The notes under the pieces: model-generated
Told to the model about the DNA's origin: nothing
Database searches by the model: none
The model's input: the letters and a program-made list of their open reading frames with translations, nothing else
Position numbers and translations under genes: made by a program
Assembly (NCBI GenBank): GCA_038087875.1
Contig: CM075996.1
Span: 7,690,001-7,754,000, forward strand
Length of the DNA: 64,000 bases
Direction of reading: 5' to 3'
Origin: Malacoraja senta
Taxonomy: Eukaryota
In this document: one piece after another, positions 25,625-37,866 of the stretch
Position numbering within the stretch: the first letter of the stretch is position 1
Layout: each line of letters starts with the position of its first letter

Positions 25625-26666
25625 CTGAAAGGAAAATTGACAGGAAATACTGTCAATTTTGAAAATGATAAATGAATTCTTGCACTTCCCCGCTACTTCA
25701 GTTTAATTAACTCAATTCAAAGCAGGAAAGAAGTGTAGAAACTCCTTGAACTACAACTAATCAGCTATACACGCCATCTAGAATATCAGGGGCACGCAAG
25801 ATTAACAAAAGCCACACAATTGAAATTAATTATTTGTCAGCTCTTCTGAAGCAATTCAAAAATCAGTCCTTTGATAATGAAGGCTGGTAGGATTCAGTGG
25901 GCCAATACTAAAATCAACCCTGGTGAAGTTTCGAGGAGCAGGCTATAAATACAACCATTGTTTTTTTGAAAACCAAAGGGAAATTTTCAACGTAGTGGCA
26001 AACAAAATAATGTGGCAGAAAAGAATTTAGAGAATCTTGGAGAAAAAGCTCACTTTTCAATCTTTTGGCCATAATTGTATACATTTTAGATAAGCTTATA
26101 CTGCCATTTATTCAGAAAATACCATTTATTCAGAAAATACTATTTCAAGAAGTGCAAATATTCAAGACCTTGTCAAAATTTTGAGTCAGCACAGAAACAG
26201 ACCCTTCACCCCAACAGGTCCATACAACTGTTGAGCCTATCTATACTAATCCCATTAATCTACATTACATATGTAGACTTTATTTCTTGGTGATTCATAT
26301 ACTTGCACAGATGCTTCTTAAATGTTCCACAAATATCTGTGTAAAAAGAATCCCCCCTCCTGAGATTTCCTCTAAACCTCCTATGAACTTACACGTATGC
26401 TCTCATTTTACCTACTCTATCTATCCCTTTCATAATTCTGTATATCAACATCAGATCGCCCCTCAGCGCCAGGAAAAACAAACCCACTTATCCTCACAAC
26501 TAAAACACTGCAATCCAAGCAACACCCTGATAAATCTCCTTTGCATTCTCCATACCTTAGGAAAAAGTATTGGGGTGTTTTAAATTTGATAACGTAGCAA
26601 CCACAATGAGGAACAAATGCATTTTTGGCAGGGAGTGCAAACACAATTTCATCCTCGCCTAAATCG

Positions 26667-26945
26667 GTAGCAGAGTGGCACAGCTGGTAGAGGTGCTGCC
26701 TGATAGCGTCAGAGACCTGGGTTCAATCCGACCTCAGGTGTTGTCTGCGTGGTGTTTGCACATGGGTTTTCTCCGGGTGCTACAGATCTCACATCCTGAA
26801 AATGCACTGCTCTGTAGGTTAATTGGTCTCTGTAAATTGGCTCTAGTGTGTGGGGAGTGGATGTGAATGTGGGATAACGACTGTGAATGCCGTGGAGTCG
26901 GTGGGCCGAAGAGCCCGTTTCCATGCTGTATCTCTAAACTAAATT
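26667..26945 (+). mobile_element. V-SINE/HE1-like SINE
   Basis: gtggcacagctggtagag head, ggttcaatcc B-box, tatctctaaactaaa tail. Confidence 0.8.
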
Positions 26946-27576
26946 AACTGAAACAGTGTAATTCAGATAATGCACCAAACCTGAGAGTTCCCTCAATCTG
27001 GTCGAAATGAAACTTTGGCACAGCCTAGATTTTGAATCCACTTTCTTACACAATTGTAATTTGTGAGGCGATTCTGTGAAGCCACTTAACAGTGTCCTTT
27101 CGTAAAATAGAATAGTGTATAGGTATCTATGGGAGAAGTGCCAAAGTCGATAGCTGGAAAATAGATCTCAGCAATAACTCCCGGCCTGTTATTTTAGAAG
27201 TGGACAGGGAACAAAGGGCTGGAAATAGAGCAATCACATTTGTTAGTGCTGAGGAATTGGAGTCTGGTCCAAAAACATCGGGATGGAAAACATTACCTTT
27301 GAAAGTGGCTCAGTAGCTCTCGTAATTGCTTGATGTGGTTTGAGTGATTAGTCTCACTGTTTATATTCTGTGTCACCCCCCCCCCCCCTAAACATTCATT
27401 CTTGACACCCTCCAGAAATGTCAGGTGCACTGCAATGATACTGTGATCACAGAAAAGGTACATGCGTGATATATTCAAATGGGTTGGAGGCGCTATTTAT
27501 TATTTTGCCACAGGTGCTGTCAAAAACAAGGCCAACTTTGTTAAAGTAACTTTTAAACTGCAGCAAGGTACTAACG

Positions 27577-27760
27577 TGTACGAAGGAACTGCAGATGCTG
27601 GTTTAAATCGACGATAAGACAAAAATGCTGGAGTAACTCAGCGGGTCAGGCAGCATCTCTGGAGAGAAGGAATGGGTGACATTTAGGAGAAATGTCACCC
27701 ATTCCTTCTCTCCAGAGATGCTGCCTGACCCGCTGAGTTACACCAGCATTTTGTGTCTAT
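27577..27760. mobile_element. Short foldback PLE-derived insertion
   Basis: Inverted arms around 27685; TSD gcaaggtactaacg / gcaatgtactaacg. Confidence 0.85.
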
Positions 27761-28237
27761 GCAATGTACTAACGGACTGGTTAAGTCAGTGCAGAAATGC
27801 CACATGGAACGCAATCCATAGAATGATGCAAGGATGTTTGGGAAGTAAAACGAGACAAGGGCATATGTGACGAGTGTGAAACAGAGGCATCTTGGAGTGC
27901 ATGTCCCCAAATCCCCAATCGTAGCTTGTTAATAAGGTATATGAGATAAAGTCAATCCTGCTATAAAGTGCATTTCCTTAGCACAAATTGGATATAACGC
28001 GAGTGATGATTAGGCAACGCTATTAGCATTACATGGGCCAAAATAGTTATAATGCAAATTCAAAGGAAAACTGGACACTAAAGTTACTTTGGAAATTGAC
28101 CAGCATAAAAATAGTTATTTTGGATTTAATTAGTAGAGGGGGAAAAAAAAACTATTTCCATGTACCCACAGTAATCAGATGCCACTTTCTCTTACTGTTG
28201 TCTACTACTTTAACTGCAGGTGGCCATTGAAGTAGAC

Positions 28238-28697
28238 CAGGGGTTGGCAACCTATGGCCCCCAAGCCGAATGCAGCCCGTAACCCGAAATCATCTGGCCC
28301 AATGGCGGATTTTTTTCCCCGTGATCATCCGGCCTGTCGAGCACAGCCGAGCGCTTCCCCGAGCACGCGGCCGAGCTCTAGCTGTACCGCATCCTGCGCA
28401 AAGCCGCCGGCACGGCCACTCACATTCTGTGAACACGTTTAAGAAAGAACTGCAGATGCTGGAAAAATCAAAGGTAGACAAAAATGCTGGAGAAACTCAG
28501 CGGATGAGACATGCAAGGATTGCATGAGGCTGCCTCGCCCGCTGAGTTTCTTCAGCATTTTTGTCTACCTTCTGTGAACACGTGATGTGATGCCTGCCAT
28601 CCAGGACGGGATCCATGTGTACACGTGATAGATGTGGCCCACCATCCGCTCAGACATGCGTCCTGGCCCCTAGGCAGAACAAGGTTGCCGACCCCTG
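28238..28697. mobile_element. hAT (Charlie-like) MITE containing a nested PLE-derived insertion (28439-28569)
   Basis: TIRs caggggttggcaacct / aggttgccgacccctg; 8-bp TSD aagtagac / aagaagac. Confidence 0.85.
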
Positions 28698-30244
28698 AAG
28701 AAGACAATCAATTGCTTCTGTTGACACTTATACACTATAAAACAATGAAACATACACCCTTTAGTATTTTTAGCTTGTAGTAACAAAAATACACTTATTG
28801 CTATTGAAAATACTTTTTTTTTAAAATTCCTGTGGGAATAATAACTTTGTTATTGCGAGACTGAAACCCTCTAGCCCCTAACCCTTTACCCCCCCCCCCC
28901 CCATTAATATCTATAACATAATGATTTCTAGGAATCCTGGGAATGCTACTATCATAGTATAGAACTATCTGCGTTTGCTTCCTCAAGTTGCCCCAACACC
29001 TCCTTCCCCCAGACCAGCCAAATGGGGCACAGATTAACTGGTATCATGCTGGAAGTATGTAGTTTGGTTACCACTCTGTAGCAAGGATGTGACAACCTTA
29101 GTGGGTGTAGATTTATGAGGATGTAGCCAATCCTCGAGAAGCAGTGGAGACAAGACCACATCACATCAAAAAAGGGCCTGGATGATATGATAATTTGAAG
29201 AGTTATAACCTGCAGGGTTACATACCAAAAAACTGGGAAGTGGGATCGACCCAAATACAAAGATAATTTTGGCCGAACGTCAACATGTGTTAAAAGGCAT
29301 TTTCCATACCTTAAATTTGTATTATATGGGCAGTTGTTTGTCTTGCATTTTCGCACATCCCAGCTTTACTATTCCAAAAATACAGATACTAGCAGGTAAA
29401 AAAAAAAGTAGCAGACTGGGATTTCCACTAAGTCAAACTAAGCACATTTCAATTCTATCACTCCTCATTCTTCAAACCTCTAATGTTCATAAGCTCAGTC
29501 TGCTTGATCTCTCCTCATGCATCAAACCAGCATCCCTGGGATTCATGTGTGTGTATATTTATAGAATGCCTTGTAGTCAATGCCTACTATGTTCTGTTGT
29601 GCTGAAGCAAAGCAAGAATTTCATTGTCCTATCAGGGACACATGACAATAAACTCACTTGAACTTGAAATGTCTAGTAAACCTTTGCTGCACTCACTTGA
29701 TCACAAGCATATCCTTCCTCAGGTTGAAAGACCATTACAGAAATATTTCAAGTGCAGTCTTACCAAGTTCCTAAATAATTGCAGTAAGCTATCTGTACTA
29801 TATTTTTTAATTGGTCACCATTTTTAAAACTCACATCTTCCTACTTTTTCCATGTGTACAATTTCACATGATATTCCAAATGCTACGTCCTTGCCCGTTT
29901 ACTGACCCTGCCGATACAAGTCCTCTCTAGGTTACAGCAGGGTTTCATTCCAGAGAACTGTTCCTAAATTAAATTGTTTGCACATCGTTAATGCAGCTGC
30001 AACCCAAGTTCCCACTCAACAAAAGATACCTGCAGTAGGTGTGTAGGAAAGGTGCTGGTTTAAACCAAAGAAAGACACAAAATGCTGGAGTAACTCAGCG
30101 GCACAAGCAGCCTCTCTGGAGAGAAGGAATGGGTGATGTTTCAGGTCGAGACCCTCCTTCAGACTGAGAGTCAGATACAGAATTAAGAAAGTGTAAGGTG
30201 TGAGAACGAGACATCAAAGGGGGTGGAGATCAAGGAAAATGCAT

Positions 30245-31345
30245 TGACTGACATCTATTATAAACCTACTGACTCCCAAACTAACTTCTTCCCACCCTGC
30301 CACCTGCAAGGACTGTATCCACTACTTCCAATTCCTCAGTCTACGCCGCATCTGCGCCTGAAGATGAGGTGTTCCATTCCAGGGCATCTGAGACGTCCTC
30401 ATTCTTTAGGGTAGATTCATAGATGAGGCACGCACTAAGGTCTCCTCGATAACCTGCAACTCTGCTCTTGCTCCCCCTCCTCCCAGTCGCAACAGGGACA
30501 GAGTCCCCCTAGACCTCACCTTTCACCCCGTCAGCAGTCACATACAGCACATACTCCTGCAATACCTTCGCCACCTCCAACGAGATCCCACCACTAGCAA
30601 CATCTTCCCATCTCCACCCCTTTCCACAGAGATCGTTCCCTCCACAACTCCCTGCTTAACTCGTCCCTTTCCACCAAAACCACTCCCTCCTCAGGTACTT
30701 TCTGCTGCAACACCTATCCCTATACCTCCTCCCTCGACTCAGTACGACCCTGACAGTCTTTTCAGGTGAGGTAGAGGTATCCTTTCACCTCCTCCAACCT
30801 CATCTACTGTATCCGCTGTTCCAGGTGTGGACTCCTATATATCGGAAAGGCCAAGCGCAGGCTCGGCGATCGTTTCGCTGAACACCTCTGCTCAGTCCGC
30901 CTAAACCTACCTGATCTCCCGGTCGCTAAACACTTTATCTCCCCCTCCCATTCCCACACTGACCTTTCTGTCATGGGCCTCCTCCATTGCCAGAGTGAGG
31001 CCCAGCACAAATTGGAGGAACAGCACCTCATTTCACTTGGGCAGCAGAAAGGTATGAATATTGATTTCTCCAACTTCAAGTAACCCTTGCTTTCCCTCTC
31101 TCTCTCCATCCCTCCCCCTTCCCAGTTCTCCAACCAGTCTCACTGTCCCCGATTACATTTTATCTGTTTGTTTTGTCGTTACCTTCTCCTAGCTAACAAT
31201 GATCTATTCTACATTTTTGTTGATCTCCACCCCCTTTGGTGTCTAGTTCTCACACCTTCCACTTCCTTATCTCTTTCGGCCCCTCCCCTAACTTTCAGTC
31301 TGAAGAAGGGTCTCGACCCAAAACATCACCCATCCCTTCTGTCCC
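30245..31345 (+). mobile_element. Penelope-like element fragment: RT C-terminus/linker, GIY-YIG and 3' region, preceded by an inverted terminal piece (30040-30240)
   Basis: TDIYYKPTDS motif, then IYCIRCSRCGLLYIGKAKRRLGDRFAEH; degraded hammerhead-like motif at 31300-31328. Confidence 0.85.
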
Positions 31346-31789
31346 CGGTTACTTCAACATTTTGCATCAATCCCTGCAGTTTGGCTAGGAATAGATAGTA
31401 TAGAGAAGCATTTGAATCATATTTTGCTATTGTTAATATTAAAGCTGATATCAATAAATTTACTTTACTTTATACTTTATTGTCATTGTAGTGGTGCATA
31501 TAACAAAATGCAGGCGCACTGCCTGAGCGGAGCTCAAATGTACAAGATAAAAAATAATAAAATAACAGCAAAAAAGTGAGAAAAATAAAAATTGTTCATA
31601 CACTCACGTGCACATACTGTGTCACATACACAGATTCACACATGCATACACATTATGCCTACGTAAGCACCCTTACCAGAATATAAGATATTGCCCTCAG
31701 AAGGCCATTGTCAGAATATAAGATATTGCACAGAATAGTATAGTAAAAATAAATATTATAAATGAATATATCAGTATTGCACAAAGGTA

Positions 31790-33215
31790 GGTATTGTACA
31801 GTATAAATATTGACATGGGGGGTGTGCTTTCAGTGCAGAGTTCAGTGTGGTGATGGCCTTAGGTGGAAACTGTTTGTTAGTCTTGTGGTGTGCGCTTTTA
31901 TGGACCTGTAGCGCTTTCCTGAGGGCAGAAGGGCAAACAAGTGATGTGCGGGGTGGGATGGGTCCTTTAGGATGCGGGATGCCTTCTGCAGGCAACATGA
32001 GCTATAGATGTCTTCCAGGCCAGGCAGATGTGTGTTGGTGATCTTCTGGGCTATGTTGATGACTCTCTGCAGAGCCTTCTTGTCAGCCGCATACCATACC
32101 AGGATACCATGAGTCAGGACACTCTCAATGGAGCAGCAGCAGAAGGACACTAGCAGCTGTTGTGGCAAGTTGACTTTCCCGAGTGTTCTTAGGAAGTGAA
32201 GCCGTTATTGTGCCTTCTTAACCAGAGAATTTATGTTGGTTGACCACGTGTGAGTGTATTGAGGGAGTGCAGCGTAGGTTTACAAGGTTAATTCCGGGGA
32301 TGGCGGGACTGTCATATGCTGAGAGAATGGAGCAGCTGGGTTTGTACACTCTGGAGTTTAGAAGGATGAGAGGGTATCTCATTGAAACATATAAGATTGT
32401 TAAGGGTTTGGACACGCTAGAGGCAGGAAACATGTTCCCGATGTTGGGGGAGTTCAGAACCAGGGGCCACAGTTTAAGAATAAGGAGTAAGCCATTTGGA
32501 ACGGAGACGAGGAAACACTTTCTCTCACAGAGAGTTGTGAGTATGTGGAATTCTCTGCCTCAGAGGGCGGTGGAGGCAGGTTCTCTGGATGCTTTCAAGA
32601 GAGAGCTAGATAGGGCTCTTAAAAATAGTGGAGTCAGGGGATATGGAGAGAAGGCAGGAACGGGGTACTGATTGGGGATGATCAGCCATGATCATATTGA
32701 ATGGATCGAAGGACCGAATGGCCTACTCCTGCACCTATTGTCTATTGAGATCTTCTGAGATGTGGGTGCCCAGCAACCGGAAACTGGAGACTCTATCCAC
32801 TCTTTCTCAGTTTATGTGCAGTGGGGGGTGGTCACCCTGTATCTTCCTGAAGTTGATGAGCTCTCCTGTTTTTTTGGTGTTGAGTGCCAAGTTGTTTCTG
32901 AGCACCAGCCTATTAGTCTCTGTACCTCCTCCCTGTACCTCATCGCCCTCAGTGATCAGCCCCACCATTGTTGTGTCGTCTGTAAATTTAATGATTGTGT
33001 TTGTGTTGTGGGTTGGTATACAGTCATAGGTATAGAGAGAGTAGAGGAGGGGGCTCAGCATACAGCCTTGTGAAGCCCCTGTGCTGAGTGACAGAGAGGT
33101 GGGGACCCATGCTGACTGACTGCAGCCAGTCTGTTAGGAAGTCCTTTATCCAAAGGCAGATGTTGTGTTCGAAGCCTAGGTCAGACAGCTTGGAGACCAG
33201 TCTGCTGGCTATGAC
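31790..33215 (-). mobile_element. Rex1/Babar-like LINE RT fragment, split by the CR1 insertion
   Basis: QG(C)MLSPLLYSLYTYDC...IIKFTDDTTMVGLI on the right of the CR1; IESVLTHGILVWY...DPSHPAHHLFALLPSGKRYRS on the left. Confidence 0.85.
32251..32747 (+). mobile_element. CR1 LINE 3' fragment inserted into a Rex1/Babar relic
   Basis: Encodes IEGVQRRFTRLIPGMAGLSYAERM...RVVSMWNSLP; 3' end gcctactcctgcacctattgtctattg. Confidence 0.9.
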
Positions 33216-34096
33216 CAGTCTGCTGGGTCCTTGCTACCTTCGATTGTAGAATTTATTCTCGGAGCTATGGAATTTTGAAAGATATCAATCATCACAGCCA
33301 TTATTTCCACCATCATCTCCTTCAAAACTCCTTGGATACAGATTGTGGGGGTATGTCACCTTCCAATAATCACAAGTGCTCATTTTCTTGAGCTCATTTT
33401 GTTCCAGACCTGTAGTCCTCCACTATTTCCAAGAGATCATCCACATCTTCTCCCAAGACAGGCACATTTATATAGTTTCCCTACCTACTACTTCCTTATT
33501 TCCCCAATATAATTTATCTCGTCTCAGTCCACATCAGTTTTAGCTAAATGTTTTCTATTGTCATTTCTATAGATCTTTCATTTTCTGTTTACTTTATTGT
33601 TGGATTGGGCCCTGTGTGTTCTGACATTTATCCCCAATCCTACTCTGTGCTAATTCTTTGAAAGTCAGCTTTTGCCTGTTTAGTCATGTGGTCATATTTA
33701 TAATGCTTCCCAACTAATCACAGACAATGCATACCTCTTGCTTTCAGTCGCTTTAACTAGATTTAAGATCCTCTGTGCAAATTGAACTAAATCACTTTCA
33801 ATCTTTATATAAAAAGTCTGTCATATTATGATCACTGATCCCTGAAGGCCCATTAGCTACAGATCATCAACTAACCTTTTGGTTTTTACAAATCTAAAAT
33901 AACCAGGTCCTTTACTAACTCATCTACATACTGATCTAGAAATCACCTATATACTTTGTAATTTATCCTCCTCACTGCTGCTGCTAATTTGATTTGCTCA
34001 GTCTACATGCAAATTAAAAAATCCGTGATCACTGTGTTATCTTTATGACTGATACCATATGTTATATTGTCTTAAAAAGACAAAGTACAAGAGTAG

Positions 34097-34648
34097 TCAG
34101 CAGTCAATCGAGTATAGGAGCAAAGAGGTCCTTCTGTAGTTGTACAGAGCCCTCGTGAGACCACATCTGGAGTATTGTGTGCAGTTTTGGTCCCCTAATT
34201 TGAGGAAGGACATTCTTGCTATTGAGGGAGTGCAGCGTAGGTTTACAAGGTTAATTCCTGGGATGGCGGGACTGTCATATGCTGAGAGAATGGAGCGGCT
34301 GGGATTGTACACTCTGGAGTTTAGAAGGATGAGAGGGGATCTTATTGAAACATATAAGATTGTTAAGGGTTTGGACACACTAGAGGCAGGAAACATGTTC
34401 CCGATGTTGGGTGAGTCCGGAACCAGGGGCCACAGTTTAAGAATAAGCGGTAAGCCATTTAGGACGGAGACAAGGACACACTTTTTCTCACAGAGAGTTG
34501 TGAGTCTGTGGAATTCTCTGCCTCAGAGGGTGGTGGAAGCAGGTTCCCTGGATGCTTTCAAGAGAGAGCTAGATAGGGCTCTTAAAGATAGCAGAGTCAG
34601 AGGATATGGGGAGAAGACAGGAACAGGCACCTATTGCCTATTGTCTAT
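34097..34648 (+). mobile_element. CR1 LINE 3' fragment (same young subfamily as 32251-32747)
   Basis: LYRALVRPHLEYCVQFWSPNLRKDILAIEGVQRRFTRLIPG... Confidence 0.9.
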
Positions 34649-34973
34649 TTCAGGAAAACATGGATACACGACTTTTGATGTCAAGACCCGTCTTCAGACT
34701 GATTATAGTTGGGGGGTGGGGCGGGAAAGGAAGAGATATGCAAGGTGTGACAGAGCCTAGTGAGTGATAGGTGGATACAGGTAATGGTGATTGGCAGAAG
34801 GGTGGACAAAGGCCAGAGATGGGAAGAAGACAAGCCTATGGATACAGAAAGAAGGTGCACCAAATGTGAAGCAAGGTGAAGGATAGAATCCTGCCCCCAC
34901 CTCTCTTCCAGCTTTCTACCCCCTACTATATTCTACGGAAGAAGAGTCCCGACACAAAACACCGCTCATCCAT

Positions 34974-35190
34974 GTGTAGGAAAGAACTGCAGATACTGGT
35001 TTAAATCTAAGGTAGACTCAAAATGCTGGAGTAACTCAGCGGGACAGGCAGCATCTCTGGAGAGAAGAAATAGGTGACATTTCGGGTCGAGACCCTTGTT
35101 CTGAAGAAGGGTCTCGACCCGAAACATCACCCATTCATTCTCTCCAAAGATGCTGCCTGTCCCGCTAAGTTACTCCAGCATTTTGTGTCT
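34974..35190. mobile_element. Short foldback PLE-derived insertion nested in an older PLE relic
   Basis: Inverted arms meeting at about 35100 inside the hammerhead-like motif; TSD (acc)gctcatccat at 34961-34973 and 35191-35203. Confidence 0.85.
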
Positions 35191-37519
35191 ACCGCTCATC
35201 CATATTCTCCAGAGAAAGACAAAGTGCTGGAGTGACTGGACAGGTGATGTTTTAGGTTTTTGGACAGCAGTTTGCTACATGGGAAGGTAACTATAATAAC
35301 CTAAACAATCCAACTGAATTAAAATGAATAAATACTTTAACTGTAACAAATAATTAAAGATATAAACAGATTTAGATAGAATCAATAGGAGAGGTGGTAT
35401 CTGCATCAGTGGTGATCAATAAGATTCCAAATATGATATATGCAATATGCATCTTCATCCCAAGGAATCTTCGTCAGATGAGCTGGAGACAACAAAAAGC
35501 ATCAGGGAAAGGAATAGATATCTGGACAGTTTAAATATTCTTATCGCTCAGGAGGATGAGGTAGAATCTGGCTGCCATTTAGACCTTGAATGAGGATTGT
35601 TTGGTTTTAAAATCTGACAGATCTGAAATGTTGTCTATCAATTCCATCCACAGATGCAGCCTGACCCACTGAAGTACTCTGTGTAGTGACAGATTTTCAT
35701 ATTGTTCAAGTAAACTTTCCTCTATCCATTATGATTGAAGACAAGGATTTAGGAGATTAATCGATATGCATTCACGAGCTCTCCACGAATTCCAATGCCG
35801 TCCAAAGAAAAATCTTCCAAAACACAGTCTCTTAATTAATAGTTTCTTTATTGTTGTAGTAAAAACAGTAAGATATTCATCCAAACTACTTGTTTAAGTA
35901 CATTTTGATCTTACTCGTAGTCAAACTCGTGCATGGTCGAAAGCTGTGACTTCTCTCCCATGCTTCTTCAAACTAAATCAAACTAATTACTAGGGCGTCT
36001 GCGCGAGAATCCCAGCCGCAAACACGCCTCCAACTACGTATAAATCCCACCCACATAATTACAGGCAGATAAAAATTAAAGGTAACTGGTTAGAGTTATA
36101 ACATACTGAGTTAAGCTAAATGGCTACTACACTCTGTGTTTTGCCAGATGTATGCAAGATTCTTACTATCCATATGAATAACAATAACTAAGAGAGACAA
36201 TTTGTCAGCGACACCATGAGACAAAGTGTTAAGAATTGGGATAAAATGATTTTATACAGTGACTTAGAACAGTGCATTCTTCAGGATGCCGACACCGATG
36301 GGACGCGCTCAGTCACCGTGGGGCTCCCTCCCCTTTCACTAGCTAGTGCTTCTTCCTTCGCTTTGTCCACTCCACCGCTTCCTCTCTTCGCTCTGTCCAC
36401 ACAGCTTCTCCACCCCACATCGCCTCCTCCACCTTCTCACCCTGAGACACTCACATGCTGACATACTCCACCTCAGAAGCAGCAGCAGGTGAGAAGGGAC
36501 GGAGCCCGACAGCGACAAACATGTCCTGTCAGTAGCGGCAGCCTGAAGAAAGTGCAATTTGAGCCGCAACAACAACCACATCAACCTGTGAAGAAAGGAT
36601 CGCTGGTGCAGGCAAGCGGCATTGGCGCCTAGTTGTAAGGTGGAACGAGGAAAAGTGTTGGAGTAACTCAGCAGACTGAAGGGTCCTGATGCCAACCATC
36701 CACGTTCTCCAGAGACTCTGCATGATCCACTGAGTTAATCCAGCACTTTGTGTCCTTTTGTGTATTAACCATCATCTGCAGTTCTTTGTTTCAACTATAT
36801 ACAATAATACCATACTCAGTTATAACGGACAATTGGCAATAATGGACATCATTCTAACAAGGGTTTACGGCATTCCTAGTTCTATCCAACCAAGACAAAT
36901 GCTCGTTTCTGATCCACTGAAGCTGCTAACTGGTTTGGGTACTGCACTTAGCCAGTTAAGCATGATCCCACAATCTGCTGACTTTGCCTTGCATACAGTG
37001 GGTGGTTCTAAAAGGTTAGGTGCATCCATTCTTCAGTCTATGAAGCCATGACTCAATTTCAATTTCCTCACTTCCAGTTAACAACAAACAATCCATTCCC
37101 TAGCTCGGATGGTGAACCCTTGGCAATGATATAGCAAATTGAAGGCGAAGAGAATATGAACATGATCTGCTACTAGCGATGCAGAAGTTACCAGCTACCT
37201 ATCAAAGCCCATATCTAGTTGTTATATTTAAGTCCATGGTGGATAGGAAAGGTTTAGAGGGATATATGCCAAACGTAGGCAGGTGGGACTAGTGTAGATG
37301 AGGCTTTATCCTCATGGGCAAGTTAGGCCGAAGTGACTGTTTCTATGCTGTATAACTAAGAGTTATAAACGGAATTGGAATAATCAGCAAATGCCCCAAT
37401 CGTGATTCAAAATAATGGAACGACCAACAATGAACTAGCTAATGATTGAACCTGCCATGCTTCAATAAGAAACTCCTATTGTGATATCCAGCAGCTCTGA
37501 AAATCATTTCTGAATATTG

Positions 37520-37866
37520 AATATATGAATATTGATTTCGCTAACTTCAAGTAACCCCGGTATTCTCTCTCTCTCCATCTCTCCCCCACCCGTTGGACCA
37601 ACTTCTCGTTTTTAACCAACAAACAGCTAACAATGGCCCGTTTCCTTTATCATCGTTACTTTTTTTGCATATCTTTCATTCATTGTTCTTTATCTCTCTT
37701 CATCGTCATCTTTATCTCTCGTTTCCCTGACTAGTCTGAAGAAGGGTCTCGACCCGAAACATCAACCATTCCTTCTCTCCAGAGATGCTGCCTGTCCCGC
37801 TGAGTTACTCCAGCTTTTTGTGTCTACCTTCGATTTAAACCAGCATCTGCAGCTCTTTCCTACACA
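37520..37866 (+). mobile_element. Penelope-like element 3' fragment
   Basis: atgaatattgatttc...aagtaa ORF end, hammerhead-like motif at 37736-37763, terminal ...gcagctctttcctacac. Confidence 0.75.
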
